Below are positions 1-8,687 of a DNA stretch of 23,946 nucleotides, one piece after another. A program made the position numbers and the translations under genes. This DNA is from a virus. Taxonomy: Duplodnaviria; Heunggongvirae; Uroviricota; Caudoviricetes. The notes below the pieces were generated by a model that searched no databases, was not told where the DNA came from, and saw only the letters and a list, made by a program, of their open reading frames with translations. Position 1 is the first letter of the stretch. Each line of letters opens with the position of its first letter. The DNA lies in the IMG/VR virus record IMGVR_UViG_2617270941_000003, positions 1-23,946 of that record; one strand, written 5' to 3'.

Positions 1-88
1 TTATCTTCTGGTATTTAGCTATCCCTCATAAGTTAATTGCCGCTGAGATATCCTAAGCTCTAGCCTCTGAAAATACATTTATATTTCG

Positions 89-121
89 AAGCCCGCGATA
101 TTTTAAGCGGGCTTTTATTTT
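89..121 (+). terminator. Rho-independent terminator-like hairpin just beyond the tfa 3' end
   Basis: Stem AAGCCCGC (89-96), 10-nt loop, GCGGGCTT (107-114), followed by TTATTTT. The T-run is on the plus strand, so it best fits a convergent upstream plus-strand gene; it may act weakly in both directions. Confidence 0.5.
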
Positions 122-701
122 AAACTTCAGGTATTACAGGCCACTCAATATCAGGTGCAGTTGATGTATCAACACGGTTCAGCAACACCCGATACTTTTT
201 CCAGGCTTCCAGCAATGAGGTTTCTTCCTCCGTTGCGATTTCCAGATCTACAGCATCCTGAAGTGGCGCAATATGCTCACTGGCTACCTGCATCAGGTTG
301 TTTTTTGTTTCTTCCGCCTCCCGGATCCGGAACAGTTTTTCTGCTTCTGCATCTTTCACCCAGGCTGTGCCGTTCCACTTCTGAAACTCCCCTTCCGGGG
401 ATAACCAGGTGACATTTTCCGGTAATAAGCCGAGTTCAGAAATAAATAACGCGTCGCCGGAAGCCACGTCATAAACCGTTTTACCCCGATGGTCTTCAAC
501 AAGATGCCACGATGCCTCATCACTGTTGAAAACAGCCACGAAGCCTGCCGGAATATCTGGCGGTGCAATATCGGTACTGTTTGCTGGCAGACCTGTATGA
601 GGCGGAATATATGCGTCACCTTCACCAATAAATTCATTAGTTCCGGCCAGCAGATTATAAATTTTTATGGTCCGTGGTTGTTCACTCATTCTGAATGCCA
701 T
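120..701 (-). CDS. tfa: Tail fibre assembly protein (Tfa family chaperone)
   Basis: 193-aa ORF whose translation ([24 protein letters not shown]...) matches the TfaR/TfaQ/TfaE family as I recall it. Its ATG overlaps the upstream tail-fibre stop by one base (TAATG). Confidence 0.85.
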   Translation of the reverse strand: MAFRMSEQPRTIKIYNLLAGTNEFIGEGDAYIPPHTGLPANSTDIAPPDIPAGFVAVFNSDEASWHLVEDHRGKTVYDVASGDALFISELGLLPENVTWLSPEGEFQKWNGTAWVKDAEAEKLFRIREAEETKNNLMQVASEHIAPLQDAVDLEIATEEETSLLEAWKKYRVLLNRVDTSTAPDIEWPVIPEV

Positions 702-2125
702 TATGCAAGCCTCACAATATAGTTAAATGCGATGTTTTTGACGGTGTTTTCCGCGTTACCAGCAGCGTTAATGGTGATGGTGTGTCCATGTGAACCAATC
801 GCAACGGAGTGCGTATGAGCACCAATACCGACAGTATGTGCATGTGCGCCTGCGCTTGCAGCAGTGCCGGACAGCGAGTGGGTATGAGCACCATCTGATG
901 ATGTCTTCCCTGCATTACGAGTCTGGCCAGTACCGCTTGTTGTGCTCATAATCCCCGCGCTTAGATTTGAAATCGCGGTATAACCATTAGGGAAAATGCT
1001 CGTGTTCGTGCCACCAAATGCACCGGAACTCTTGTGTTGGTGCGCACCGGCACTATTTGCAGTCCCGCTAATACTATGGGTATGCGCCCCGGTGTTATTC
1101 GTGGATTTGGTTCCGTAATCAAACGACGATGTGTTTTTCGTCCCCAAATCCGTACTGGATGCGCTGGCGCTGTGGGTGTGCGATTTAATGCCGTCCTGTT
1201 CCTGAGACAATACGGCACGACCACTGGCGGGTTTGCCCTTAATCGTCCAGCCACGCATATCAGGGATCACGCCTGACGGATAAGCGGCTGCAAGTTTCGG
1301 GTATGCAGATTTGTCAAAAGTCTGCCCCTGCATCAGGGCATAGCCAGACGGAACGGTATCTGATGGCCACGGGATTGGTGCGCCAGGCGGATAAAACTGC
1401 TCTGATGGCGTATAGAGTGAATAAACTGTACCGTCCGTTAACCCTTCCGGCTTATTAGCAGAATATGCTGGTGACGTATGAATCGTCACGCTGGCATTAC
1501 TGGTATAATCCCATTGAATATTTACACCAGTCGCATAATTTCCGATTGCAACGTAAATATCGTAAGTATCACCAGATGTATTGACCCAGGCAAAATTTGT
1601 AAACCCTGTCGATGTGCGCTGCCATAAAGCACCAGTAATCCCCTTCGGATTACCATTACCTGCACGCAAAACAAGTTCAGATATACCTGCCTGTTGAGGT
1701 GACCCCACGTTAAATCCCGCGCCACCAATCAACGTAATTGAAACAACAGAACTCGCCTGTGGCATGGTTACCGTTGCTAATTTGAACCAACCAGCACCAC
1801 CGCTGAATGACATTGTTGTTGAGTTAAGCGTACCAATATCTTTCGGCGTCAGTGTTATATCCGCTGAAAGCGCCTTACCATTCACCTTACGGGCAGAAGG
1901 TAGACTATCTTTAATTTCTCGCTCATACAGCCTTGCTTTATGAATAAAACGCACCCCAGCAGCCAGTGCTACTGGGGACGGAGGTGTTGCTGGTAAAGTT
2001 AGGTATTGGATCAATGAGTGAGTCAACATAATATTAAACTCACAATTATAAATCAGCCATATATTAGGAGCGCCAAAAAAAACCTGAAAACAATATAATA
2101 ACAGGATAAATTTCAAGGCGACCAA
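701..2125 (-). pseudogene. stf: Side tail fibre gene, C-terminal fragment only (5'-truncated stf remnant)
   Basis: The C-terminal part has repeated GAHTHS/GAHQH/GAHAH motifs and ends [11 protein letters not shown], typical of lambdoid Stf C-termini. The N-terminal ~50 codons of the ORF are AT-rich, non-homologous sequence that overlaps the trkG 3' end, so the gene has lost its 5' portion. Confidence 0.7.
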
Positions 2126-3521
2126 GAATCATAGCTATGCACATTAAACATTTTGCAATGTCATTAAGCACTCCGAATGACGATGCAGTAGCCCCAAAAC
2201 CTAATCCCATATTATTAATACATGCAGCCACTGTTGCAAATGATGTAAGAAAATCATATCCCATACCATTTAACACCAGTATAAAAAACACCGTGAAGAG
2301 AGTATAAAGAAAAAAGAAACTCCATACAGACCTCATTACACGATCTGTAACTATCTTCCCTCCTACATTTACACTCAACAACGCTCTGGGATGAGAAAGC
2401 TGATTTATCTCGTGTTTGCTTTGTTTGAAAAGTATAAGAAATCGAAGTGACTTAATTCCACCACAAGTTGAACCTATACATCCCCCAAAGAAACTTGACA
2501 ACAGCAAAAACACTATCGTGTGCGTGGGCCAACTTGCATAATCCTGCGTAGCTAAACCATTATCAGTGAGCATGGAGCTGGCAAGAAAAAACGAATGAAT
2601 AAAACTTCCATGCAAGTCATACATACCTATATGCCAGACCTGGAAAGAGGTAACAATGATCACCCCTAAGGCTATTAACAGAAAGAAACGAAGTTCAATA
2701 TCTCTGATTAAAGGTTTTATCGTTTTCCTGCTAATAACAATATACCAAAGAGTGAAGTTGAAAGCCGATAGCAGGGAAAAAGAACCAGCCACCAGCTCAA
2801 CCAAATAGTTATTAAAATATCCGATACTCTCGCTATGAGTTGAGAAACCACCAAGCGAAACTGTGGAAATCCCGTGACAAATAGCATCAAACAAAGGCAT
2901 TCCTGCAAGTCTATAACAGACAATACAAGCAATACCTAATAAAGAATAAGTTATCCACAGTGTCCGTGACGTATCGGCCAGGCGGGGAGTGAGTTTGTCA
3001 TCCTTAAATGGCCCCGGCATTTCTGACTGATAAAGCTTTGCACCACCAATACCCAATAATGGCAATACAGCAACCGCCAGAACAATAACTCCTAAACCAC
3101 CTATAAAATTTAACTGTGACCGATAGTACAAATATGCCCGAGGTAATGAACTAACATCATCAATTACAGTTGCTCCTGTTGTTGTTATTCCAGAAACCCC
3201 TTCAAACAGAGCATCAATGAACGTTAAATTAAGTTCTGAGTCAATCCATAAAGGGAATGCACTAATAACAGAAAACAAAATCCAAAACATTACAATTATA
3301 ATAAACCCATCACGGGTACGTAATTGAATGCCAGATTTCTTAGTTGTATACCACGCTCCGCCACCAATGCAAAAAAATATAACGAAAGTTATAAAGAAAA
3401 CGAACAGGCTTTTTTCTTTATAAAACAATGCTACAACCATTGGTGGCAACATTGAAAGACTATAGAGCCAAACCAGGAACCCACACATATGAGTAACAAC
3501 TCTTACATGAGATGTATTCAT
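2064..3521 (-). CDS. trkG: Trk-type potassium uptake membrane protein (TrkG/TrkH family)
   Basis: Multi-pass membrane protein. Starting at the internal Met (MNTSHVRVV...) gives 485 aa, the length I recall for Rac-encoded TrkG, and the sequence reads like TrkG/TrkH throughout. Confidence 0.85.
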   Translation of the reverse strand: MNTSHVRVVTHMCGFLVWLYSLSMLPPMVVALFYKEKSLFVFFITFVIFFCIGGGAWYTTKKSGIQLRTRDGFIIIVMFWILFSVISAFPLWIDSELNLTFIDALFEGVSGITTTGATVIDDVSSLPRAYLYYRSQLNFIGGLGVIVLAVAVLPLLGIGGAKLYQSEMPGPFKDDKLTPRLADTSRTLWITYSLLGIACIVCYRLAGMPLFDAICHGISTVSLGGFSTHSESIGYFNNYLVELVAGSFSLLSAFNFTLWYIVISRKTIKPLIRDIELRFFLLIALGVIIVTSFQVWHIGMYDLHGSFIHSFFLASSMLTDNGLATQDYASWPTHTIVFLLLSSFFGGCIGSTCGGIKSLRFLILFKQSKHEINQLSHPRALLSVNVGGKIVTDRVMRSVWSFFFLYTLFTVFFILVLNGMGYDFLTSFATVAACINNMGLGFGATASSFGVLNDIAKCLMCIAMILGRLEIYPVIILFSGFFWRS

Positions 3522-3658
3522 ATCTAAATATTCTTTCAATTATAACCACCTTGCTGCAATATTATGATTATACTGTATAAAATTTAACTCCTCTTAGATC
3601 TTACTTCACTGTTCCTTATGAAACAATCATCAAAATGAATCATATTGTAGTTAAGATT

Positions 3659-4123
3659 TTACTTTAAACACTGCTCGGTTATGTATTGCTGAGCACCTTC
3701 AAGTTGGGCCTGCATCATTACCAGTCGTTCCCGGAGGGTGAAATAATCCCGTTCAGCGGTGTCTGCCAGTCGGGGGGAGGCTGCATTATCCACGCCGGAG
3801 GCGGTGGTGGCTTCACGCACTGACTGACAGACTGCTTTGATGTGCAACCGACGACGACCAGCGGCAACATCATCACGCAGAGCATCATTTTCAGCTTTCG
3901 CATCAGCTAACTCCTTCGTGTATTTTGCATCGAGCGCAGCAACATCACGCTGACGCATCTGCATGTCAGTAATTGCCGCGTTCGCCAGCTTCAGTTCTCT
4001 GGCATTTTTGTCGCGCTGTTCTTTGTAGGCGATGGCGTTATCACGGTAATGATTAACACCCCATGACAGGCAGACGACGATGCAGATAACCAGAGCGGAG
4101 ATAATCGCGGTTACTCTGCTCAT
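3659..4123 (-). CDS. Rz: Rz i-spanin (inner-membrane lysis protein)
   Basis: 154 aa with an N-terminal TM segment and coiled-coil body, near-identical to lambda Rz as recalled. Its start overlaps the endolysin stop. Confidence 0.85.
   Translation of the reverse strand: MSRVTAIISALVICIVVCLSWGVNHYRDNAIAYKEQRDKNARELKLANAAITDMQMRQRDVAALDAKYTKELADAKAENDALRDDVAAGRRRLHIKAVCQSVREATTASGVDNAASPRLADTAERDYFTLRERLVMMQAQLEGAQQYITEQCLK
3718..3903 (-). CDS. Rz1: Rz1 o-spanin lipoprotein, embedded in Rz in another frame
   Basis: 61-aa ORF wholly inside Rz with a lipobox (LVVVGC) and a proline-rich body ([15 protein letters not shown]), the classic embedded Rz1 architecture. Confidence 0.8.
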   Translation of the reverse strand: MRKLKMMLCVMMLPLVVVGCTSKQSVSQCVKPPPPPAWIMQPPPDWQTPLNGIISPSGNDW

Positions 4124-4596
4124 ACCTCAATCTCTCTGACCGTTCCGCCAGCTTCTTTGAATTTTGCAATCAGACTGTCAGCCTTATGCTCGAACTGACC
4201 ATAACCAGCGCCCGGCAGTGAAGCCCATATATTGCTGCAACGGTCGATAGCCTGACGGATATCACCGCGATCAATCATCGGCAAAGCGCCACGCTCTTTA
4301 ATCTGCTGCAGCGCTACAGCATCCTGACTTTCTGGAGAAAAATCTTTCAGGCCAAGTTGCTTGCGGTAGGCATCCCACCAGCGTGAAAGAAGCTGGTAAC
4401 GTCCAGCGGCTGTTGATTTGAGTTTCGGATTTAGCGTGACAAGTTTGCGGGGGTGATCGGAGTAATCAGTGAACAGTTCGCCACCGACAATAACATCATA
4501 ACCGTGATTTCTGGTTTTCTGCCGTCCGTTATCTGTTCCTTCTGACCATGCCACCATATCAAGGAAAGCTTTACGCTGGGAATTAAGTGTCTGCAT
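4120..4596 (-). CDS. R: Endolysin, lambda R-type lytic transglycosylase
   Basis: 158 aa ([51 protein letters not shown]...), nearly identical to lambda R over its full length as recalled. AAGGAG Shine-Dalgarno 6 nt upstream. Confidence 0.9.
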   Translation of the reverse strand: MQTLNSQRKAFLDMVAWSEGTDNGRQKTRNHGYDVIVGGELFTDYSDHPRKLVTLNPKLKSTAAGRYQLLSRWWDAYRKQLGLKDFSPESQDAVALQQIKERGALPMIDRGDIRQAIDRCSNIWASLPGAGYGQFEHKADSLIAKFKEAGGTVREIEV

Positions 4597-4624
4597 TAAT
4601 TACTCCTTATGGGCACCGAACTTG

Positions 4625-4939
4625 TTACCGATGACCCTCATTGCCGCACCACGAATAGCAAACACCAATCAGCCCCACCCCACCACCAATGGCAACAGAA
4701 AGTGATTTAGGCCATCCGACATACTCAAGCGCGGATGCAAAGGTCAGCGTCAGAGCACCACAAAGCAGAATCTCAAGCGTTTTTCGTTTCCAGCCGCCGC
4801 CACCGCCAAAATAGGCAATGCGCAAACCAGCCATAATAATTGACATAACCACTGCACCCAGCGGCGTATCTCCACGCCACCAACTTTGTAAGAGTTCCAG
4901 TAAGTCAGGCCAGGAATGAGGGGCATTGTGCATTTTCAT
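4625..4939 (-). CDS. S: Putative class I holin with a lambda-S-like dual start (Met-Lys-Met)
   Basis: Small protein with three hydrophobic segments directly upstream of R-Rz-Rz1. The ORF opens at GTG (4948) followed by in-frame ATG-AAA-ATG (4939 and 4933), behind a GGAGGTGA Shine-Dalgarno. The sequence itself does not resemble lambda S and lacks a strongly charged C-terminal tail, so the call rests mainly on position and topology. Confidence 0.6.
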   Translation of the reverse strand: MKMHNAPHSWPDLLELLQSWWRGDTPLGAVVMSIIMAGLRIAYFGGGGGWKRKTLEILLCGALTLTFASALEYVGWPKSLSVAIGGGVGLIGVCYSWCGNEGHR

Positions 4940-5035
4940 AAGCCTCACCTCCGAGAGTTCGGATGGTGCTAAGTGTAAGATTCAGGCTCTCAGGCTTGCT
5001 AACAAGAAGTCGAGGATGTTTCCGGAGCCTAACAA

Positions 5036-5062
5036 CGAAAAAGCCCCGGGACATGCCGGGGC
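5036..5062 (-). terminator. Rho-independent terminator (minus strand) between the membrane-protein moron and the holin
   Basis: Minus-strand GC-rich hairpin (plus-strand GCCCCGG 5043-5049 pairing with CCGGGGC 5056-5062) followed on the minus strand by TTTTT. Confidence 0.5.
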
Positions 5063-5156
5063 CAGATGGAGTGCCAGATTAAGCTTCTGGCGGTATATAC
5101 TCGTGTTTGATATCGTTAAATCGCCAAAAGTAACAATTCAAACAAAGAGGATTTTT

Positions 5157-5318
5157 ATGTCTGAAAAAAACAAACCACAAGGTGAAAATAAACCTCAGCA
5201 ACCCGTGGCACCAAAACCAACTCCAACACAAAGTACTACAGACTTTGCTACACGTCGTGTTTTTGTTGGAGATTCTGCCGACTCAGTCATTGAACATATA
5301 AAAAAACAGCCGAGATAA
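5157..5318 (+). CDS. Hypothetical small hydrophilic protein (53 aa, Pro/Gln-rich N-terminus)
   Basis: ATG at 5157 preceded by AGAGGA 7 nt upstream. Translation MSEKNKPQGENKPQQPVAPKPTPTQSTTDFATRRVFVGDSADSVIEHIKKQPR. Its 3' end overlaps the 3' end of the convergent minus-strand gene by 32 nt. The longer ORF in the track (from 4926) overlaps the holin start and is probably not the real N-terminus. Confidence 0.35.
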   Translation: MSEKNKPQGENKPQQPVAPKPTPTQSTTDFATRRVFVGDSADSVIEHIKKQPR

Positions 5319-5856
5319 ACATCGCCGCTACCGGAGCAAGGATGGTATACATCCTTGCTTTATCGAGACTCGTGCGGATTTTCTCATTTTCCAACAGTAA
5401 CTCTCTTGCTGTATCACTCAAGTCAACAAGGCGATACCTTCGTATAAGCGGCAATAACTTATCAGGTCCTAAATATCCTGCATCAGCGAATATTTTAAAG
5501 CTCGAGGGCTCCATATCCTTATATTTTTCATGATATAGATGATCAGGAGGGGCATTGATCAGGCCCCTAACCTTCACAGATAAACCAGTACATACCAAGT
5601 AAATGGCGCACCATGTCCATAGTAATGTAAATGTGGTAATTCCGGCGGTGAGAAAATCGAAATTAGTTTTCTGTGTCAGCAATAAAAAAGATGAACCAAT
5701 TCCAACAATCTGAATGTTCAGAAGTTTGTATCCATTCTCAACATTGGTTTTGTTAGAAAGATGAATCTCTCGTATCGTCTCTTCCCCTTGTTTTTCAAGA
5801 TAATCGACGAGCTCATCATCTACTCCTAAAAAATAATCTTTAGGTAGTTCTCTCAT
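5287..5856 (-). CDS. Hypothetical membrane protein (189 aa, acidic N-terminal domain, three predicted TM segments); moron between the Q region and the lysis cassette
   Basis: ATG with GGAGGTGA Shine-Dalgarno 4 nt upstream. AT-rich codon usage unlike neighbouring phage genes. No family recognised from the sequence. Confidence 0.6.
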   Translation of the reverse strand: MRELPKDYFLGVDDELVDYLEKQGEETIREIHLSNKTNVENGYKLLNIQIVGIGSSFLLLTQKTNFDFLTAGITTFTLLWTWCAIYLVCTGLSVKVRGLINAPPDHLYHEKYKDMEPSSFKIFADAGYLGPDKLLPLIRRYRLVDLSDTARELLLENEKIRTSLDKARMYTILAPVAAMFISAVFLYVQ

Positions 5857-5963
5857 CTCACCTCCACATCCTGTACTGAAAACAATTTTACCAGAATGTC
5901 TCGATTCTAGGTATTCCGCCAGGAATCGCGCTCCAGAAATGAAACATCAGGTTCGCCAGTACC

Positions 5964-5994
5964 AGAAACAACAAAACCCGCTCAATGGCGGGTT
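5964..5994 (-). terminator. Putative tR'-like terminator downstream of the Q-like gene
   Basis: Minus-strand hairpin (plus-strand AACCCGC 5975-5981 and GCGGGTT 5988-5994) followed on the minus strand by TTTTGTTGTTT. Sits where lambdoid phages place tR', between Q and the first late gene. Confidence 0.5.
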
Positions 5995-6077
5995 CTGGTA
6001 AAGTTCATGCGCTTGGTTCGCCTCGCGATACAGCTTTGCGAAGCATACCGGAATTGAAGCAGTTTATGCGTAAAAAA

Positions 6078-6620
6078 TCAAGCTATTTTTTGAGCAAATG
6101 ATTCTCGCATGGGAATATATAGGGCATACTCAGCAACAGCCAACCAATTAGCAATTCGCTTTTCGCATGTGCTAAAACACCACTCAGGATGTGCATCATT
6201 TAGCAATTCAGCCATTTTGCGCTTAGTCATCCCCCGTCCTTCATACCGTTGCCGGAGGACACTAATCAATCCAGGATGCTCTGCCAGCACCTCACTTATG
6301 ACTCTATCAATACATAACGCCTCTGCATCAGTACAATGCGCCAGCCAGGTCTTTTGCTTGCCATTGATCATCTCTCGCAAAAACGCTTCCAGCTCAGGTT
6401 TCTCTATTCCCGCTTTTTTCATCCTGCGCAGGGCTTCATTGACGGCTGTTTTCGTCAATTTTTTGGATGCCAGCAACTGGTTAAACATATTTCCCGTCTT
6501 ACCGCCGCCAATATACGACCAGCGCCCCCACATGCGCAGTTTTCCCTGAATCCAGACACTTTCCAGCGTGGTGAGACGAAGGTGTTCCCCGCTTTTGCCT
6601 GTATTTGTTGGGTAAATCAT
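6078..6620 (-). CDS. Putative late-gene antiterminator (Q-like); family assignment uncertain
   Basis: 180 aa from the internal ATG at 6620 (MIYPTNTGKSG...), with a GGAGAAAGGAAGG ribosome-binding region, translationally coupled to the upstream gene by an ATGA overlap. It sits immediately upstream of a terminator and the lysis genes. The Q-like assignment is from position and overall resemblance, not a verified alignment. Confidence 0.5.
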   Translation of the reverse strand: MIYPTNTGKSGEHLRLTTLESVWIQGKLRMWGRWSYIGGGKTGNMFNQLLASKKLTKTAVNEALRRMKKAGIEKPELEAFLREMINGKQKTWLAHCTDAEALCIDRVISEVLAEHPGLISVLRQRYEGRGMTKRKMAELLNDAHPEWCFSTCEKRIANWLAVAEYALYIPMRESFAQKIA

Positions 6621-6907
6621 AAATAACCTTCCTTTCTCCAGATTTCTTGTGTGCGAAAAACACCTTCTGCATGCATCAGGCGTAATTCTTCTTTGGTGTA
6701 ATCGCTGGTTTTTACCCGCCCGTCGATTAAATCGTGGCATGAGCTACAGGCAATCGCTGCCTGCATATCGTGTGGTTTTGTCGCTGTTCCGCACGTCCCC
6801 GCCAGCCTGTAATGCGCCAGCACAGAGGTTTCGGGATTGTGATTGCAGTAGCCAGGGATTCTGATCTGGCACATCTGGCCTTTAGCCGCTTTACGTAAAT
6901 TCACCAT
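6617..6907 (-). CDS. YbcO-like prophage protein (DUF1364 family, Cys-rich putative metal-binding nuclease)
   Basis: 96 aa (MVNLRKAAKGQMCQIRIPGYCNHNPETSVLAHYRLAGTCGTATKP...IACSSCHDLIDGR), closely resembling DLP12 YbcO as recalled. Confidence 0.7.
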   Translation of the reverse strand: MVNLRKAAKGQMCQIRIPGYCNHNPETSVLAHYRLAGTCGTATKPHDMQAAIACSSCHDLIDGRVKTSDYTKEELRLMHAEGVFRTQEIWRKEGYL

Positions 6908-7506
6908 TACGCAAACTCCAGTAGTTGTGCGGCCACATTTTCAACTTCCTCCTGAGAGGAGAATTTACGGAACAGAATCCAGTTCCACAGCACATTCAGA
7001 ACAGATTTATAAACCTGCTGAAACTCGGTTTCGTCCATATTCGCAAACGCGATGGATTTCGCCCTGCGCCCACGGCTACCGTCCGGATAAATATGCTCGG
7101 TGTAAAATCCGGCCTGAATGGTTACCCACTCGCGGAAAGCCTCAAACGACTTTAGCAATGCCGTATCCCGAGTTCTGCGTGTCGCAACTGTATTTAGATA
7201 TTGCTCTGCGGCATCACTCAGGGCTGGTGTGTGTTCCCGACCAACTGATTCGCACAAGTAATCCACGAAACCAGACAGCAGTTCTCGTTCGCGAGGTGTG
7301 ATCGCCCCACCGACCGGAGTCCAGTAATCGAATCCCAGTTGCAGGAGTTTGAAAAAACGCTTGTGGAATGCGTAGTTACGCACACGCTTAAAGTCTGCGT
7401 GTATCCACTCACCTATTTTGATTTGATGCAGAAAATCGCAACTCTCCGGCGTCGCCGGGAGAAGTAAACCAGAAGAGGTTTGTTTGACCAGTTGTATATG
7501 CGCCAT
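6907..7506 (-). CDS. nin-region phage protein, possibly DUF1367 family
   Basis: 199-aa ORF directly upstream of, and coupled to, the YbcO-like gene, an arrangement common in lambdoid nin regions. Family assignment is from memory and is tentative. Confidence 0.5.
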   Translation of the reverse strand: MAHIQLVKQTSSGLLLPATPESCDFLHQIKIGEWIHADFKRVRNYAFHKRFFKLLQLGFDYWTPVGGAITPRERELLSGFVDYLCESVGREHTPALSDAAEQYLNTVATRRTRDTALLKSFEAFREWVTIQAGFYTEHIYPDGSRGRRAKSIAFANMDETEFQQVYKSVLNVLWNWILFRKFSSQEEVENVAAQLLEFA

Positions 7507-7786
7507 TTCTCAATCTCTCGATGGCGCAGCGCAGCAGATGCCAGTTGTTCAGGCTGACGAATAAAGTATAAATAAACTGGCTATGGTGTAAAGCCCCACA
7601 TAGCATGAACAAACACTACATATCAAATAGCTGGTACAAGGATAGAAATACGACATTTATTATTAAAAACGATTAGATAAATTACATTTTAATGTTATGC
7701 AAAAGTTCTTTTTTATCATAACATTTCAATAAAAGCATTACAGATGCAATCATCCCGTCATCATCAATTATTTAAGGTGGTTAAAC

Positions 7787-7873
7787 ATGGAAAATAACAA
7801 GTTCGCACATCTCGCTCCTTTTTTATCCGTAATCCTTTTCGCTTGTTGTTTTATATGGGCATTATTTTTATAA
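7787..7873 (+). CDS. Candidate small hydrophobic protein (28 aa): MENNKFAHLAPFLSVILFACCFIWALFL
   Basis: ATG at 7787 with AAGGTGG 6 nt upstream, a single predicted TM helix and a Cys-Cys pair. Lies in an otherwise ORF-free AT-rich stretch. Confidence 0.4.
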   Translation: MENNKFAHLAPFLSVILFACCFIWALFL

Positions 7874-7947
7874 AGTAGCCGCATGATAAGTTGCTGGAAT
7901 CATATTTCCCACTCAAGTCATTAACATTTGATAAGATATATCTAAAA

Positions 7948-8006
7948 GGACACCTTTACATTATTTATGTGTATATAATTTATTTATATACACAGTAAAG
8001 GTATCC
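7948..8006. repeat. Nested imperfect palindrome in AT-rich non-coding DNA
   Basis: Outer arms GGACACCTTTAC (7948-7959) and GTAAAGGTATCC (7995-8006), 11 of 12 complementary. Inner arms TGTGTATATA (7968-7977) and TATATACACA (7985-7994), a perfect 10-bp inverted repeat with a 7-bp spacer. Confidence 0.5.
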
Positions 8007-8264
8007 TGGGAAAATATTTATCGTTAAAAAATACATCATAAATAATTAAGCTGAAATTTCAGAACACAACTAATACACACAATAAGGTTCAGTAACAATA
8101 ATCTATGTGGACTACATCGAGATTTTTTGATTAAACTTTAATAACTTATTCCTAACACACAGAATGCATAAACTAAAAGTAAAACAAATAGTTATACGAA
8201 AAACAACCATATTTATTATATCTTCTCCTCTAATCAACATATCAATTATGTGTTTCATAACAGC

Positions 8265-8312
8265 TTGACATAACCCTCAAAAACACGCATTTATAATGCA
8301 TGTTTTTGAGGG
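8265..8312 (+). promoter_or_regulatory. Putative promoter with an overlapping 17-bp inverted-repeat operator upstream of the YeaR-like gene
   Basis: Consensus TTGACA (8265-8270) and TATAAT (8292-8297), but with a long 21-bp spacer. Inverted repeat CCCTCAAAAACACGCAT (8274-8290) / ATGCATGTTTTTGAGGG (8296-8312), one mismatch, centred on the -10 element. Confidence 0.45.
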
Positions 8313-8319
8313 GGTGGTT

Positions 8320-8658
8320 ATGACACACAAGAGAATTCCTAAAGATTGGGTAATCAAACGCTCAACTCCGTTCTTCACAAAAGAGAACGTACCTTCAGCG
8401 TTATTAACACATCATAATACAGCAGCAGGTGTTTTTGGGCAGTTGTGCGTAATGGAAGGCACTGTAACATATTATGGTTTTACTGATGAGAATGCTACTG
8501 AACCGGAGATAAAAGTAGTCATTAATGCTGGCGCTTTTGCAACAAGCCCACCACAATACTGGCACCGTGTTGAACTAAGCGATGATGCTCAGTTTAATAT
8601 TAACTTTTGGGTCGCTCCAGACTTCTCGGGCGAAAAAGTCTATAGCACCAAAAAATAG
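8320..8658 (+). CDS. YeaR-like protein (DUF1971, the domain also found at the TehB N-terminus)
   Basis: 112 aa from the ATG at 8320 (GAGGGGG Shine-Dalgarno). Motifs RSTPFF, CVMEGTVTYYGFTDE, EPEIKVVINAGAFATSPPQYWHRVE and FNINFWVAPD parallel E. coli YeaR as I recall it. Confidence 0.65.
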   Translation: MTHKRIPKDWVIKRSTPFFTKENVPSALLTHHNTAAGVFGQLCVMEGTVTYYGFTDENATEPEIKVVINAGAFATSPPQYWHRVELSDDAQFNINFWVAPDFSGEKVYSTKK

Positions 8659-8687
8659 ATGATCATATTAAAAATGCTTTAACAGTC

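Noticed and set aside
155-722. Plus- and minus-strand ORFs (85, 93 and 77 aa) overlapping the tfa gene
   Set aside because: Shadow ORFs in alternative frames of a well-supported Tfa gene; translations are low-complexity and lack start signals.
4625-4948. Holin being a direct lambda S homologue, given identical gene length (324 nt) and lambda-like R, Rz and Rz1
   Set aside because: Translating the minus strand gives a protein unrelated to lambda S apart from the Met-Lys-Met start, so it is kept as a holin by position and topology only.
4926-5156. N-terminal extension of the 130-aa plus-strand ORF (4926..5318)
   Set aside because: The extension overlaps the holin start and its ribosome-binding site and has no start signal. 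The internal ATG at 5157 with AGAGGA is the only plausible start.
6109-7412. Plus-strand ORFs (64-146 aa) across the Q-like, YbcO-like and nin-like genes
   Set aside because: Antisense or alternative frames of coupled minus-strand genes that have ribosome-binding sites and family-level similarity; none has an independent start signal.
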